Part shown: positions 9,431 to 18,068 of the stretch, in pieces
Position numbering within the stretch: position 1 is the first letter of the stretch
Layout of the letters: each line of letters begins with the position of its first letter
Assembly: GCA_035285645.1 (NCBI GenBank)
Contig: JAYKGR010000021.1
Location: 1 to 63,588 of the forward strand
From: Cyanobacteriota bacterium
GTDB lineage: Bacteria; Cyanobacteriota; Cyanobacteriia; PCC-6307; Cyanobiaceae
Direction of reading: 5' to 3'
Length of the DNA: 63,588 nucleotides
Program-made: the position numbers and the translations under genes
The notes under the pieces: model-generated
Database searches by the model: none
What the model saw: the letters and a program-made list of their open reading frames with translations, nothing else
What the model was told of the DNA's origin: nothing

Positions 9431-9579
9431 ACAACACACCACATTGGCCTCTCCAAGTAGTGAAGCCTGTGGACCCTCAGGAACTCCTGATGCCGGTGGC
9501 AGGGTTTGCACTTTGGTGATCACCTCTGCTGTAGCCACGTTCAACGCGGTTTGCGGTGTGGTTGTGCCACGACGCCTGT

Positions 9580-9758
9580 CGTCGTAGATGCAGCCTTCAC
9601 CACAGCCCAGGCCCATGGGCAGCAGGAGCTGCGTGCGGACGAGAGCGTGGATTGGGCGGACGCCGTTACCGGCCAACGATGTTGCGACCCATCGCGACAA
9701 AGAACGGATCGGTGAGGCGATGGAAAATTTGCGCCGGCAAGGCTGGGCATCGCCTTGA
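9580..9758 (+). pseudogene. Possible frameshifted remnant of a DUF1651-like gene
   Basis: Fragments in three frames: SVDWADAVTGQ / PTMLRP..VRRWK / NLRRQGW, collinear with the DUF1651 pattern as I recall it; boundaries approximate. Confidence 0.3.
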
Positions 9759-9962
9759 TCATAAATGTCATAGCAGTACATCCTTAGACCGGCACATGTC
9801 TTGCTGGAGTTGGGTCTCAAGCTTGATCCGTACCGGCGCACCCAACGACACAGGCTGGATCATGGCGTGCCTGGATTGGAAAGGATCCCACAGTAGGGAT
9901 TGCACCAGGACAGCTTTTCTGCTCTCCAATCAACGCATGAACGGACTAGCACTGGGGCTGGC

Positions 9963-9993
9963 TTGACACCGGGCACAGGGGAAATCGTAGTAT
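9963..9993 (+). promoter_or_regulatory. Candidate sigma70 promoter for the FkbM gene
   Basis: TTGACA (9963-9968) and TAGTAT (9988-9993); the 19-nt spacer is longer than optimal. Confidence 0.35.
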
Positions 9994-10020
9994 TAAGGGC
10001 ATTCTTAAGTCAACACGCAA

Positions 10021-10824
10021 ATGATCCGAACGTTGCTGGATATATACTCGACGATTTTTGCCAGAAAGAGCCTGGCTAGATTTAATCGCTTTATGTTCTT
10101 GCTGGGGGCTCGCGGCCTGGGCATTCTCAACTGCAGAACACCCTATTTAAGCGGGGAAGAACCGTTTCTGAAAAAAGCTCTAGAGCCCTATGACTCCACC
10201 GATTTTGCTGTTTTAGACGTGGGGGCTAATCAAGGACAGTTCGCACGCTATGTTTTATCTGCTTCGTCATCCATTAAAGTCATATCCTTTGAGCCAAATC
10301 CGGCGGCGGCCACAAAACTAAGCCTACGTATTCCTGAATTCATGGATCGCCACAGGCTAATCCCCAAGGGAGCAAGCAGCCAACCTGGTCAGGCGACGAT
10401 TTTTGATTATGGCGAATCTCAGGGAAGCGGCCATGCCACAATGTATAGCGATGTGCTAACTTCACTGCGCCAATCGGAGGCGATTGAGACAATCTCAATA
10501 GAGCTTACAACCGTCGATCTAGAAGTAGAGACAATTAGCGAGAAGATTTGCCTCCTTAAAATTGATACGGAAGGACATGAAAGAGAAGTACTGCTGGGGT
10601 CGCAAGGATTACTTCAACATGCCCCACCTCCCATAATTCTTGTAGAGTTCAACGAAATGAATGCCGTGAGTGGCACTCATTTTTATGAGTTGTTACGCCT
10701 TCTTGGCGATCAGTACCAAGTCCACAGGGTTCTTCCCGGAGGAAATTTGCTGCCCCTGGAAAATCAGAACCCTTTGTATACCGAAATTTACGCCTATCAG
10801 AATCTCGTATTTCTTAGACGGTAG
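10021..10824 (+). CDS. FkbM family methyltransferase (low GC, likely acquired)
   Basis: VLDVGANQGQF, SFEPNP and LLKIDTEGHE motifs; visibly AT-richer codons than flanking genes. Confidence 0.92.
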   Translation: MIRTLLDIYSTIFARKSLARFNRFMFLLGARGLGILNCRTPYLSGEEPFLKKALEPYDSTDFAVLDVGANQGQFARYVLSASSSIKVISFEPNPAAATKLSLRIPEFMDRHRLIPKGASSQPGQATIFDYGESQGSGHATMYSDVLTSLRQSEAIETISIELTTVDLEVETISEKICLLKIDTEGHEREVLLGSQGLLQHAPPPIILVEFNEMNAVSGTHFYELLRLLGDQYQVHRVLPGGNLLPLENQNPLYTEIYAYQNLVFLRR

Positions 10825-10866
10825 AAAGGAAATAAGCATCGGTTCAGGTTCGCTGCCCAAACCAAT

Positions 10867-10896
10867 AAAAAACCCTCCCAGCAGCGGGAGGGTTTA
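10867..10896 (-). terminator. Intrinsic terminator of glnA, possibly bidirectional
   Basis: Stem AAACCCTCCC / GGGAGGGTTT with 6-nt loop; the A-run at 10867-10872 gives a U-tail on the minus strand; lies between convergent genes. Confidence 0.8.
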
Positions 10897-10914
10897 TCAT
10901 GCCGAATCACCCGA

Positions 10915-12333
10915 TCAGGCGTCGTAGTACATCACAAACTCATGGGGGTGTGGACGCTGACGGAGCTGTTGCACCTCCTCGTATTTCAGAGCAATCCAGT
11001 TGTTGATGAAATCCTCGGTGAACACCCCACCCGCCAGCAGATAGTCCTTATCGGCATCGAGGGCTTCCAGCGCACCGTTGAGAGAGGCCGGCACCGTGGA
11101 GATCTTGGCAAGCTCCTCAGCTGAAAGCTCAAAGAGATCCACGTCGGTACCGTTGCCAGGATCGATCTGGTTGCGAATGCCGTCGATACCGGCCATCAGC
11201 ATGGCGGCGAAACCCAGATAGGGATTGGAGAGGGCGTCGCCCGAGCGGAACTCGAGCCGCTTGGCCTTTGGATTGGGACCGGTCAAGGGAATCCGAACTG
11301 CCGCGGAACGGTTGCCCTGGGAGTAAACGAGATTGACAGGGGCTTCAAAACCCGGCACCAGTCGCTTGTAGCTGTTCGTCGTGGGGTTTGTGAAGGCCAG
11401 GAAACTGGGAGCATGCCTCAGCAAGCCGCCGATGTACCAGCGGGCCGTCTGGGAAAGATTGGCGTAGGTACCCTCGCCGAAAAACAGGGGATGCCCATCT
11501 TTCCAAAGACTCTGGTGGACGTGCATCCCACTGCCGTTGTCAGAAAACACCGGCTTGGGCATAAAGGTAGCTGTTTTTCCGTATTTACGAGCCACGTTAC
11601 GAACCACATATTTATAGATCATCACATTATCCGCAGCGCTAATCAGCTCAGCGAATTTCATGCCGAGCTCATGCTGGGCTGTTGCTACCTCGTGGTGGTG
11701 CTTTTCAATCGGCACACCCAGAGCACCCATGGTGAGGATCATTTCCGATCGCATGTCCTGCAAGGTGTCGTTGGGAGCAACTGGGAAGTAGCCCTCCTTC
11801 AACTGAATCTTGTAGGCGAGATTGCCACCCTCTTCAACCCGGTTGGTGTTCCAGGGTGCTTCCACTGAATCCACCAGGTAGGAGCATCCACCAGGGCCCG
11901 AGGTGTAGCGCACGTCATCGAAGACGAAAAACTCGGGCTCGGGTCCGAAGTAAGCCGTATCGGCCAAGCCCGTGCTGGCGAGGTACTGGATGGCCTTCTG
12001 GGCCAGAGCGCGGGGGCAACGGCCGTAGGGCTGGCCACTGCGTGGATCCTGAATCGAGCAGATCAGACTGAGGGTCTTGTGGCTGTAGAAGGGATCGATC
12101 CAGGCCGTGCCCGGATCGGGCACCATCGCCATATCTGACTCATTGATGGCCTTCCAGCCGCGAATCGATGAGCCATCAAAGGCGACGCCGTCGCTGAAAG
12201 CATCAGCGTCGATCAGATCGGCGCACACCGTGAGGTGCTGCCATTTGCCGTGCAGATCAACAAACTTGAGATCGATCAGCTCGATCCCTTCGTCTTTGAT
12301 CATGCTCAGGATGTCCTGGGCGGTTTGGGCCAT
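10915..12333 (-). CDS. glnA: Glutamine synthetase type I
   Basis: [32 protein letters not shown] and [12 protein letters not shown]; start at MAQTAQD. Confidence 0.98.
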   Translation of the reverse strand: MAQTAQDILSMIKDEGIELIDLKFVDLHGKWQHLTVCADLIDADAFSDGVAFDGSSIRGWKAINESDMAMVPDPGTAWIDPFYSHKTLSLICSIQDPRSGQPYGRCPRALAQKAIQYLASTGLADTAYFGPEPEFFVFDDVRYTSGPGGCSYLVDSVEAPWNTNRVEEGGNLAYKIQLKEGYFPVAPNDTLQDMRSEMILTMGALGVPIEKHHHEVATAQHELGMKFAELISAADNVMIYKYVVRNVARKYGKTATFMPKPVFSDNGSGMHVHQSLWKDGHPLFFGEGTYANLSQTARWYIGGLLRHAPSFLAFTNPTTNSYKRLVPGFEAPVNLVYSQGNRSAAVRIPLTGPNPKAKRLEFRSGDALSNPYLGFAAMLMAGIDGIRNQIDPGNGTDVDLFELSAEELAKISTVPASLNGALEALDADKDYLLAGGVFTEDFINNWIALKYEEVQQLRQRPHPHEFVMYYDA

Positions 12334-12400
12334 CGCGGTCGGAAGACGCAAAGAGAACAACGCGGCAGGCCCAGCTAGGGGCTGGAGCCGCCACGGCCGG

Positions 12401-12442
12401 ACCGTACGGATCGCCCGAGCCTCACTTTGTATCAAGCGCCAC
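12401..12442 (-). promoter_or_regulatory. NtcA-activated glnA promoter
   Basis: Minus strand reads GTG-GCGCTTGA-TAC (12442-12429), 22-nt spacer, then TACGGT (TAN3T, 12406-12401). Confidence 0.75.
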
Positions 12443-12577
12443 CAAAGCCTGCGGTAAGACCGGCCGGGCGGTGCCGTAACCGTTTCTGTCAGATTGACCA
12501 GATCAGGGCCGTGATCAGGGTTCAGACCGCCTGTGAGTGCTACGTTCCGCACCAGGTGCGTTGAGTCCGCCAAACCC

Positions 12578-13108
12578 ATGCGCGATGCCATCACCGGTCT
12601 GATCGGGCGTTACGACAGCCTCGGCCGCTATCTCGATCGAGCGGCCATCGATCGCATCGATGCCTACTACGCCGGGGCTGGCCTCAGGCTGGCTGCGGTG
12701 GAGCTGATCAACGCAGAAGCAACAACCATCGTTCGCGAGGCTTCTCAGCGTCTCTGGCTCGACGATCCGGAGCTGATCCTTCCCGGAGGCAACGCCTACA
12801 CCACCCGCCGGCTTGCCGCTTGCCTGCGAGATCTGGACTATTTCCTGCGCTACGCCAGCTACGCCCTGCTCGCCGACGACACCACGATGCTCGATGAGCG
12901 GGTGCTCAACGGTCTCGACGACACCTACAAGAGCCTTGGTGTTCCCACAGGCCCCACCGTGCGGGGCATCGCCCTGCTCGCCGACGTGCTCATCGAACTG
13001 CTCGCCGATCGGACCAGCGTCGATCGATCCAGCCTCGATGCGTTGGTGCGCCCGCCCTTCGAGCATCTCTGCCGCGGACTGGCCTCCAGCAACGTTCGCG
13101 CCCGTTGA
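12578..13108 (+). CDS. apcF: Allophycocyanin beta-18 subunit
   Basis: [16 protein letters not shown] and [17 protein letters not shown] bilin site; divergent from glnA. Confidence 0.93.
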   Translation: MRDAITGLIGRYDSLGRYLDRAAIDRIDAYYAGAGLRLAAVELINAEATTIVREASQRLWLDDPELILPGGNAYTTRRLAACLRDLDYFLRYASYALLADDTTMLDERVLNGLDDTYKSLGVPTGPTVRGIALLADVLIELLADRTSVDRSSLDALVRPPFEHLCRGLASSNVRAR

Positions 13109-13158
13109 TCACCAGCGGGTAGTCTCACCCCCACGCTCCCCCGCCCCACTCCCAGGCC

Positions 13159-14349
13159 TTGCCCCATTCGTCGCAGCCTCCGATCAGCCAGGCCCATCGC
13201 CTATCCCTGGCGCCGATCGCCACCCCCAGCCGTCTTCTGCTTGGGCCAGGCCCCTCCAACGCCCATCCCACCGTGCTGGCCGCGCTCGCCCGCACCCCGA
13301 TCGGCCATCTCGATCCCCTCTACATCGAACTGATGGGTGAGGTTCAGGAGCTGCTTCGCTACGTCTGGCAGACCGACAATCGCCTCACCCTGCCCATGAG
13401 CGGCACAGGCAGCGCCGCCATGGAAGCCACGCTGGCCAATGTGGTGGAGCCCGGCGACAAGGTGCTGGTAGCCGTGAAGGGCTACTTCGGTCATCGGCTG
13501 GCCGACATGGCCGGGCGGTATCGGGCCGATGTGGTGACCATCGAGCAGCCCTGGGGCGAGGCCTTCAGCCTGGAGCAGATCGAGCAGGCTCTCATCACCC
13601 ACCAACCAGCCCTGCTGGCGATGGTGCATGCCGAAACCTCCACCGGTGTTTGCCAACCCATGGACGGCATTGGTGAACTCTGCCGCCGCCATCACTGCCT
13701 GCTCCTTCTGGATACCGTTACCTCGCTGGGTGCGGTGCCGCTCTACATCGATGCCTGGGGCGTGGATCTGGCCTACAGCTGCAGTCAAAAGGGGCTCAGC
13801 TGCCCCCCCGGTCTCGGTCCCTTCACCATGGGCCCGCGGGCCCAGGCCAAGCTTGAAGCCCGATCGGGCAAGGTGCCCAACTGGTATCTCGACGTTTCGC
13901 TTCTCACCCGCTACTGGGGCAGCGACCGCACGTATCACCATACGGCGCCTGTGAACATGAATTTCGGCATGCGTGAAGCGCTGCGACTTCTGGCCGAAGA
14001 GGGTATCGACAACGCCTGGGCACGACACCGCCAGAATGCCGAGCGCCTCTGGGCGGGCCTTGAGCGGCTGGGCCTCGAACTCCACGTGCGGGAAGAGCTG
14101 AGACTTCCTACCCTCACCACCGTGCGCATCCCTGAAGGCATCGATGGCAAGGCCTTCGCCTTGCATCTGCTCAATACGCACGGGATCGAAATCGGCGGTG
14201 GCCTCGGCGCCCTCGCCGGCCAGGTGTGGCGCATCGGACTGATGGGCTTCAACAGCACCCCCGACAACGTTGACCGCCTGCTCAACCTGCTGGAGACCGA
14301 GCTTCCCGCCTTCCGTACGGGTGCTCCCTCCCTCGTATCAGCTGCCTGA
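13159..14349 (+). CDS. Alanine-glyoxylate / serine-pyruvate aminotransferase (class V PLP)
   Basis: LLLGPGPSN, HAETSTG, SCSQKGLSCPPG and YHHTAP. Confidence 0.93.
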   Translation: MPHSSQPPISQAHRLSLAPIATPSRLLLGPGPSNAHPTVLAALARTPIGHLDPLYIELMGEVQELLRYVWQTDNRLTLPMSGTGSAAMEATLANVVEPGDKVLVAVKGYFGHRLADMAGRYRADVVTIEQPWGEAFSLEQIEQALITHQPALLAMVHAETSTGVCQPMDGIGELCRRHHCLLLLDTVTSLGAVPLYIDAWGVDLAYSCSQKGLSCPPGLGPFTMGPRAQAKLEARSGKVPNWYLDVSLLTRYWGSDRTYHHTAPVNMNFGMREALRLLAEEGIDNAWARHRQNAERLWAGLERLGLELHVREELRLPTLTTVRIPEGIDGKAFALHLLNTHGIEIGGGLGALAGQVWRIGLMGFNSTPDNVDRLLNLLETELPAFRTGAPSLVSAA

Positions 14350-14823
14350 CCGGCGGCGGCGAAACCATTGCTCCAGCTGCAGCCGAGCTGGCTCGGCCAG
14401 CACTCCGCCCACCACCCGCAGGCTGTGGTGGGCACTGGGATGGCTGGCCAGATCGAGGCTGCCGCCCAATCCCCCTCGCTTGGGATCGCTCGTGCCGTAG
14501 ATCACCGTGCCCACCCTGGCCTGAATCGCGGCACCGGCACACATCGGGCAGGGCTCCAGGGTGACCAGCAAACGGCAATCCTTGAAGCGCCAATCGCCCC
14601 GCAGGCGCGCGGCTTGCCCCAACGCCACCAGCTCGGCGTGGCCCAGAGGATCCTGATGGTGGTGGCGGCGGTTGCTTCCCCAGCCCAGGGCCCGGCCGCG
14701 GCCATCCAGAAGCACCGCGGCCACCGGAACCTCCCCCCGCTCGCCGCAGCGTTCGGCGAGCCGCAGCAAGCGCTCCATCCACCACTCGGCACTGGCGCCG
14801 GCCCCCCAGTCATCCACGTCCAT
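14338..14823 (-). CDS. tadA: tRNA adenosine deaminase
   Basis: GEVPVAA, HAE and TLEPCPMC zinc motifs. Confidence 0.9.
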   Translation of the reverse strand: MDVDDWGAGASAEWWMERLLRLAERCGERGEVPVAAVLLDGRGRALGWGSNRRHHHQDPLGHAELVALGQAARLRGDWRFKDCRLLVTLEPCPMCAGAAIQARVGTVIYGTSDPKRGGLGGSLDLASHPSAHHSLRVVGGVLAEPARLQLEQWFRRRRSGS

Positions 14824-14914
14824 CAGCCTCGCAGCCCCGCTCCCCCTCCAACCCTGTCACGGGTCAGGTGCAGAATGCACCCGACCGCTTCCAGATCGTT
14901 CCGTTCGCACGCCG

Positions 14915-16342
14915 TTGGCCAGCGCCTCTCCTGCCCAGCGGTGCACACCGCCCCCCAGCCCCAGCAGCAGCCCCTTCCCCGATCCCGGGTGCGTGGATCC
15001 GGCCCTCGAAGCGCTGTTGCATCAAGCGGCCGACCTGCTCTGCCGCTGGCTCGGCAGCGCCGGCCAGCGGCCCCCGCTGCCGGGGTTGAGCATGCTGCCC
15101 GCGGTGGAACCCGAGCGGCAAGGGCTCGGTGCTGATCGCTTGCTCGCCGATCTGCAGCTTGTGATGGACGGGGCCTTCAACCCCAGCCATCCCGGCGCCC
15201 TCGCCCATCTCGATCCACCGGCACTGCCGGCGTCCATCGCTGCCGAACTGATCTGCGCCGGCCTGAACAACAATCTGTTGGCTGAAGAGCTATCACCCAG
15301 TCTCAGCCGACTGGAGCGCAGCCTGTGCGCCTGGCTGGCCGCCGAGCTCGGGCTGCCGCCGGGGGCTGGAGGAGTGGCCGCCAGCGGTGGCAGCCTCAGC
15401 AACCTGATGGCACTCGTGACCGCCCGCCGCAGCCGCGGCCTGGGGGAGCGCTCCGATGCCGTCGTGCTCTGCAGCGACGACGCCCATGTGTCGTTGATCA
15501 AGGCCATGGCCGTTATGGGCCTGCCGGCAACGGCGCTGCAGCGGCTGCCGGTGAACGAGCAGGGTGGCCTGCAGGTGGAGGCGCTCACCGCTCGACTCAA
15601 CGCTCTCGAGCGCCAGCGGGTGCCGGTGATCGCCGTCGTGGCCACCGCCGGCACCACGGTGCGCGGTGCCATCGATCCCCTGGCGGCCATCGCCGAGGTC
15701 TGCCAGCGCCACGGCCAGTGGTTGCACGTGGATGGGGCCATCGGGGCGGTGTTTGCCCTGGCACCGCAACGGGCCGCAGCGCTGGCGGGGCTTGGGGCCG
15801 CGGATTCGGTCACCGTGAACCCGCAGAAGCTTCTGGGCATCACGAAAACCTCCTCCCTCCTCCTGCTCGCCGATCCCCGCACCCTCAGCCAGAGCTTTGC
15901 CACCGGCCTGCCGTACATGGAACCCAGTTGGGGGGGAGGCCATGGCGGCGAGGCGGGCCTGCAGGGGAGCCGACCGGCGGAAATTCTCAAGCTCTGGCTG
16001 GGCCTGCGCCAACTTGGTCTCAACGGCATCCAGCACCTGGTGGAGGCAGCCCTGCACCGCGCCCGTCAACTCCAAAGCCTTCTCGCTGCCGACGAGCGCC
16101 TGCTGGTGCGCGGCGGTCCGCTCCATCTGCTGGCCTTCCGCCCCCACGGCTGTGAAGGCCCAAACGCCGCCCGGTGGAGCGCGGCCACCCGCCAGGCACT
16201 GCTGGCTGAACAGCTGATGCTCTCGCGGCCGCTGTACCAGGGAAGTCACCATCTCAAGGCCGTACTGGGCAATCCCTACACACGGGGCTGTGATCTGGAG
16301 CGGCTGGCCGAGATCGTGCACGGCCAGCTGTCCAACCCATGA
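14915..16342 (+). CDS. Group II PLP-dependent decarboxylase
   Basis: SGGSLSNL, ATAGTT..GAID, WLHVDGA and NPQK PLP lysine; start estimated at TTG 14915. Confidence 0.88.
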   Translation: MASASPAQRCTPPPSPSSSPFPDPGCVDPALEALLHQAADLLCRWLGSAGQRPPLPGLSMLPAVEPERQGLGADRLLADLQLVMDGAFNPSHPGALAHLDPPALPASIAAELICAGLNNNLLAEELSPSLSRLERSLCAWLAAELGLPPGAGGVAASGGSLSNLMALVTARRSRGLGERSDAVVLCSDDAHVSLIKAMAVMGLPATALQRLPVNEQGGLQVEALTARLNALERQRVPVIAVVATAGTTVRGAIDPLAAIAEVCQRHGQWLHVDGAIGAVFALAPQRAAALAGLGAADSVTVNPQKLLGITKTSSLLLLADPRTLSQSFATGLPYMEPSWGGGHGGEAGLQGSRPAEILKLWLGLRQLGLNGIQHLVEAALHRARQLQSLLAADERLLVRGGPLHLLAFRPHGCEGPNAARWSAATRQALLAEQLMLSRPLYQGSHHLKAVLGNPYTRGCDLERLAEIVHGQLSNP

Positions 16343-16623
16343 GCCCCTCCCCCCCGCCACCACCGCAACCGCCGGCCGAGCGCCGCGGCCGCTGGGTGGC
16401 GATCATCACCGGCGCCCTCTCGATCCTGATCGGCGTGGCCTACCTGGCCCTGATCACGGTTCTCGACAGTCGCGGTCCGCTGCAGCCTCCCCCGCCGGAG
16501 GCCCTCGGCGGCGCCCCGGCACCCCAGGTGGCAGCTCCCGGTCGGGCTGGCGGCTCAGCGGTTCCACCACGCGATGCAGGGCCGCCTCCAGGAAGCGCTG
16601 CAGAGCACCATCCCGCCGGTTGA
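16339..16623 (+). CDS. Small membrane hypothetical protein
   Basis: ATGA overlap with upstream stop; TM segment WVAIITGALSILIGVAYLALI followed by LDSRGPLQPPPPEA. Confidence 0.7.
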   Translation: MSPSPPPPPQPPAERRGRWVAIITGALSILIGVAYLALITVLDSRGPLQPPPPEALGGAPAPQVAAPGRAGGSAVPPRDAGPPPGSAAEHHPAG

Positions 16624-18055
16624 GATCGTACTGCTGCTGCAACACCCGGGCGGCTCCGCCATCCCCCCAATCCTGGTCTTGCTGGAAATAGGTGATGAAG
16701 CTCAGGCCCGCAACCCGGGTGAGCCAGGCCGTGGTCACCGCCTGAAGGGCTCGCCCTACCAGCAGGCTGGGCAAACTCACGCTCAAGGCAGTGCTGAGCA
16801 GGCTCACCCCTCCCTTCACCAACCCGAGGGCCGCCAGGGTGCGACCCACCGAAAGCGCCAGATCACGGGCCGTGGCCTTGGTCAGCTCCACACCGTGCAC
16901 CCGGCCCAGCTCCATCACCATCTGACTGTTCACGGCAGCGGTGGCCAGCAGATCCACCCCCGGCAGGGGGGTGAGCGCCACCGCGCCGGCCGCGATCCAG
17001 CCATAGCGCTCCACGATCCGTTCACCATCACGGCGCCGCTGCTGGGCGAGCAGGTCGCGGCCGCTCTCACCCAGCCGACGGCTCTGGAGCAGCAGATTGT
17101 CGGCGATCAGCTCCTCACCATCGGCGCGCAGCACAGCCGCGATGCGCTGCAGCAGGGCTCCCACCTCGGGGGAGGGTTGATGGGGGCGACCGCCTGGCAG
17201 AGGCACGCTCTGGGGTGAGGCGCTGGCCGGCAGCACATCCTCCGGCGCCAGACGGTCGCCGCAACGCCGGCGCAACAGACTCAGAAGCCGCCGCTCCTCA
17301 TCCTCGCCCCGCAGATCACACTTGTTGAGCACCAACAACAGCCGTTTCCCCATGCCCGCCAGGGCATCGAACACCGCCCCCTCGCTCTGGCGCAGATCGC
17401 CATCCACCACCATCAGCAGCAGATCAGCCCGGGCAGCCTGTTGGCGTGCCAGCCGTTCCCGCTCACGGCCATCAACACCGGCCTCGAGGATGCCGGGGGT
17501 GTCTTCCAGAATCACGGCCCGCGGTAGACCGCTGAGGCGCAGACGGTAGGCCTGGGAGCTGCGGGTGGAGCCCATCGCCGCCCCCACCTCCCCCACCAGC
17601 TCCCCCAACAGAGCGCGGATCAGGGATGTTTTGCCCACCGATCCGCCCCCGAACATCACGATGCGCAGATCACCCCGTTCGAGTTCGGCCGCCATGCGTT
17701 GCCGTTCCTGTCGCAGGGCTTCGCGTTCCACCGCATCCCGCAGTCGCTCCAGAGTTTGATCGATGGATTCCAACTGGCGACGGGCGGCCTCGCGGCGGCT
17801 GCCGGCCAGGGGAGGAGGAGCGGCAGAGCGGGCCCGGCCGCCGCGCCGAGCGCGCAGCCACGGCCCACCCAGCTGCACGGCGGCCAAAGCCACCGCCAGC
17901 AGGGCGAGCAGCAGCAACGGCCCCACCAGAGCGGGCGGCAACCAGTAGCTCAGCTGCCAGAGAAGCTGGTTGAGCGCCTGCAGCAGGAGGCCCACCACCA
18001 GGGCAGCCGCCAGGAGAAGCGACAGCCAGAGCCAGAGGCGGGGCGGGAGCTTCAT
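16454..18055 (-). CDS. YcjF-family / Era-like GTPase with DUF697
   Basis: GGGSVGKT, DTPG and NKCD GTPase motifs; TPLPGVDLL; N-terminal TM helices. Confidence 0.88.
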   Translation of the reverse strand: MKLPPRLWLWLSLLLAAALVVGLLLQALNQLLWQLSYWLPPALVGPLLLLALLAVALAAVQLGGPWLRARRGGRARSAAPPPLAGSRREAARRQLESIDQTLERLRDAVEREALRQERQRMAAELERGDLRIVMFGGGSVGKTSLIRALLGELVGEVGAAMGSTRSSQAYRLRLSGLPRAVILEDTPGILEAGVDGRERERLARQQAARADLLLMVVDGDLRQSEGAVFDALAGMGKRLLLVLNKCDLRGEDEERRLLSLLRRRCGDRLAPEDVLPASASPQSVPLPGGRPHQPSPEVGALLQRIAAVLRADGEELIADNLLLQSRRLGESGRDLLAQQRRRDGERIVERYGWIAAGAVALTPLPGVDLLATAAVNSQMVMELGRVHGVELTKATARDLALSVGRTLAALGLVKGGVSLLSTALSVSLPSLLVGRALQAVTTAWLTRVAGLSFITYFQQDQDWGDGGAARVLQQQYDLNRRDGALQRFLEAALHRVVEPLSRQPDRELPPGVPGRRRGPPAGEAAADRDCREP

Positions 18056-18068
18056 CGCTGAGGCCTGC

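Noticed and set aside
9046-9600. Glutamine riboswitch (glnA or downstream-peptide motif) near the IF-like ORF; CGTTCA at about 9538
   Set aside because: The leader between the NtcA box and the ATG is only 35 nt, and I could not find the remaining conserved elements; an Infernal scan would settle it.
9140-9841. 233-aa minus-strand ORF and 136-aa plus-strand ORF (9556-9966) across the islet
   Set aside because: No recognisable motifs, atypical composition, and the first is antisense to the better-supported 83-aa gene.
12334-12594. N-terminal extensions in the ORF track (glnA; also tsf, pgl, PBP, sir, methyltransferase, decarboxylase)
   Set aside because: Family-typical N-termini begin at downstream starts, and the glnA extension would cover its own promoter.
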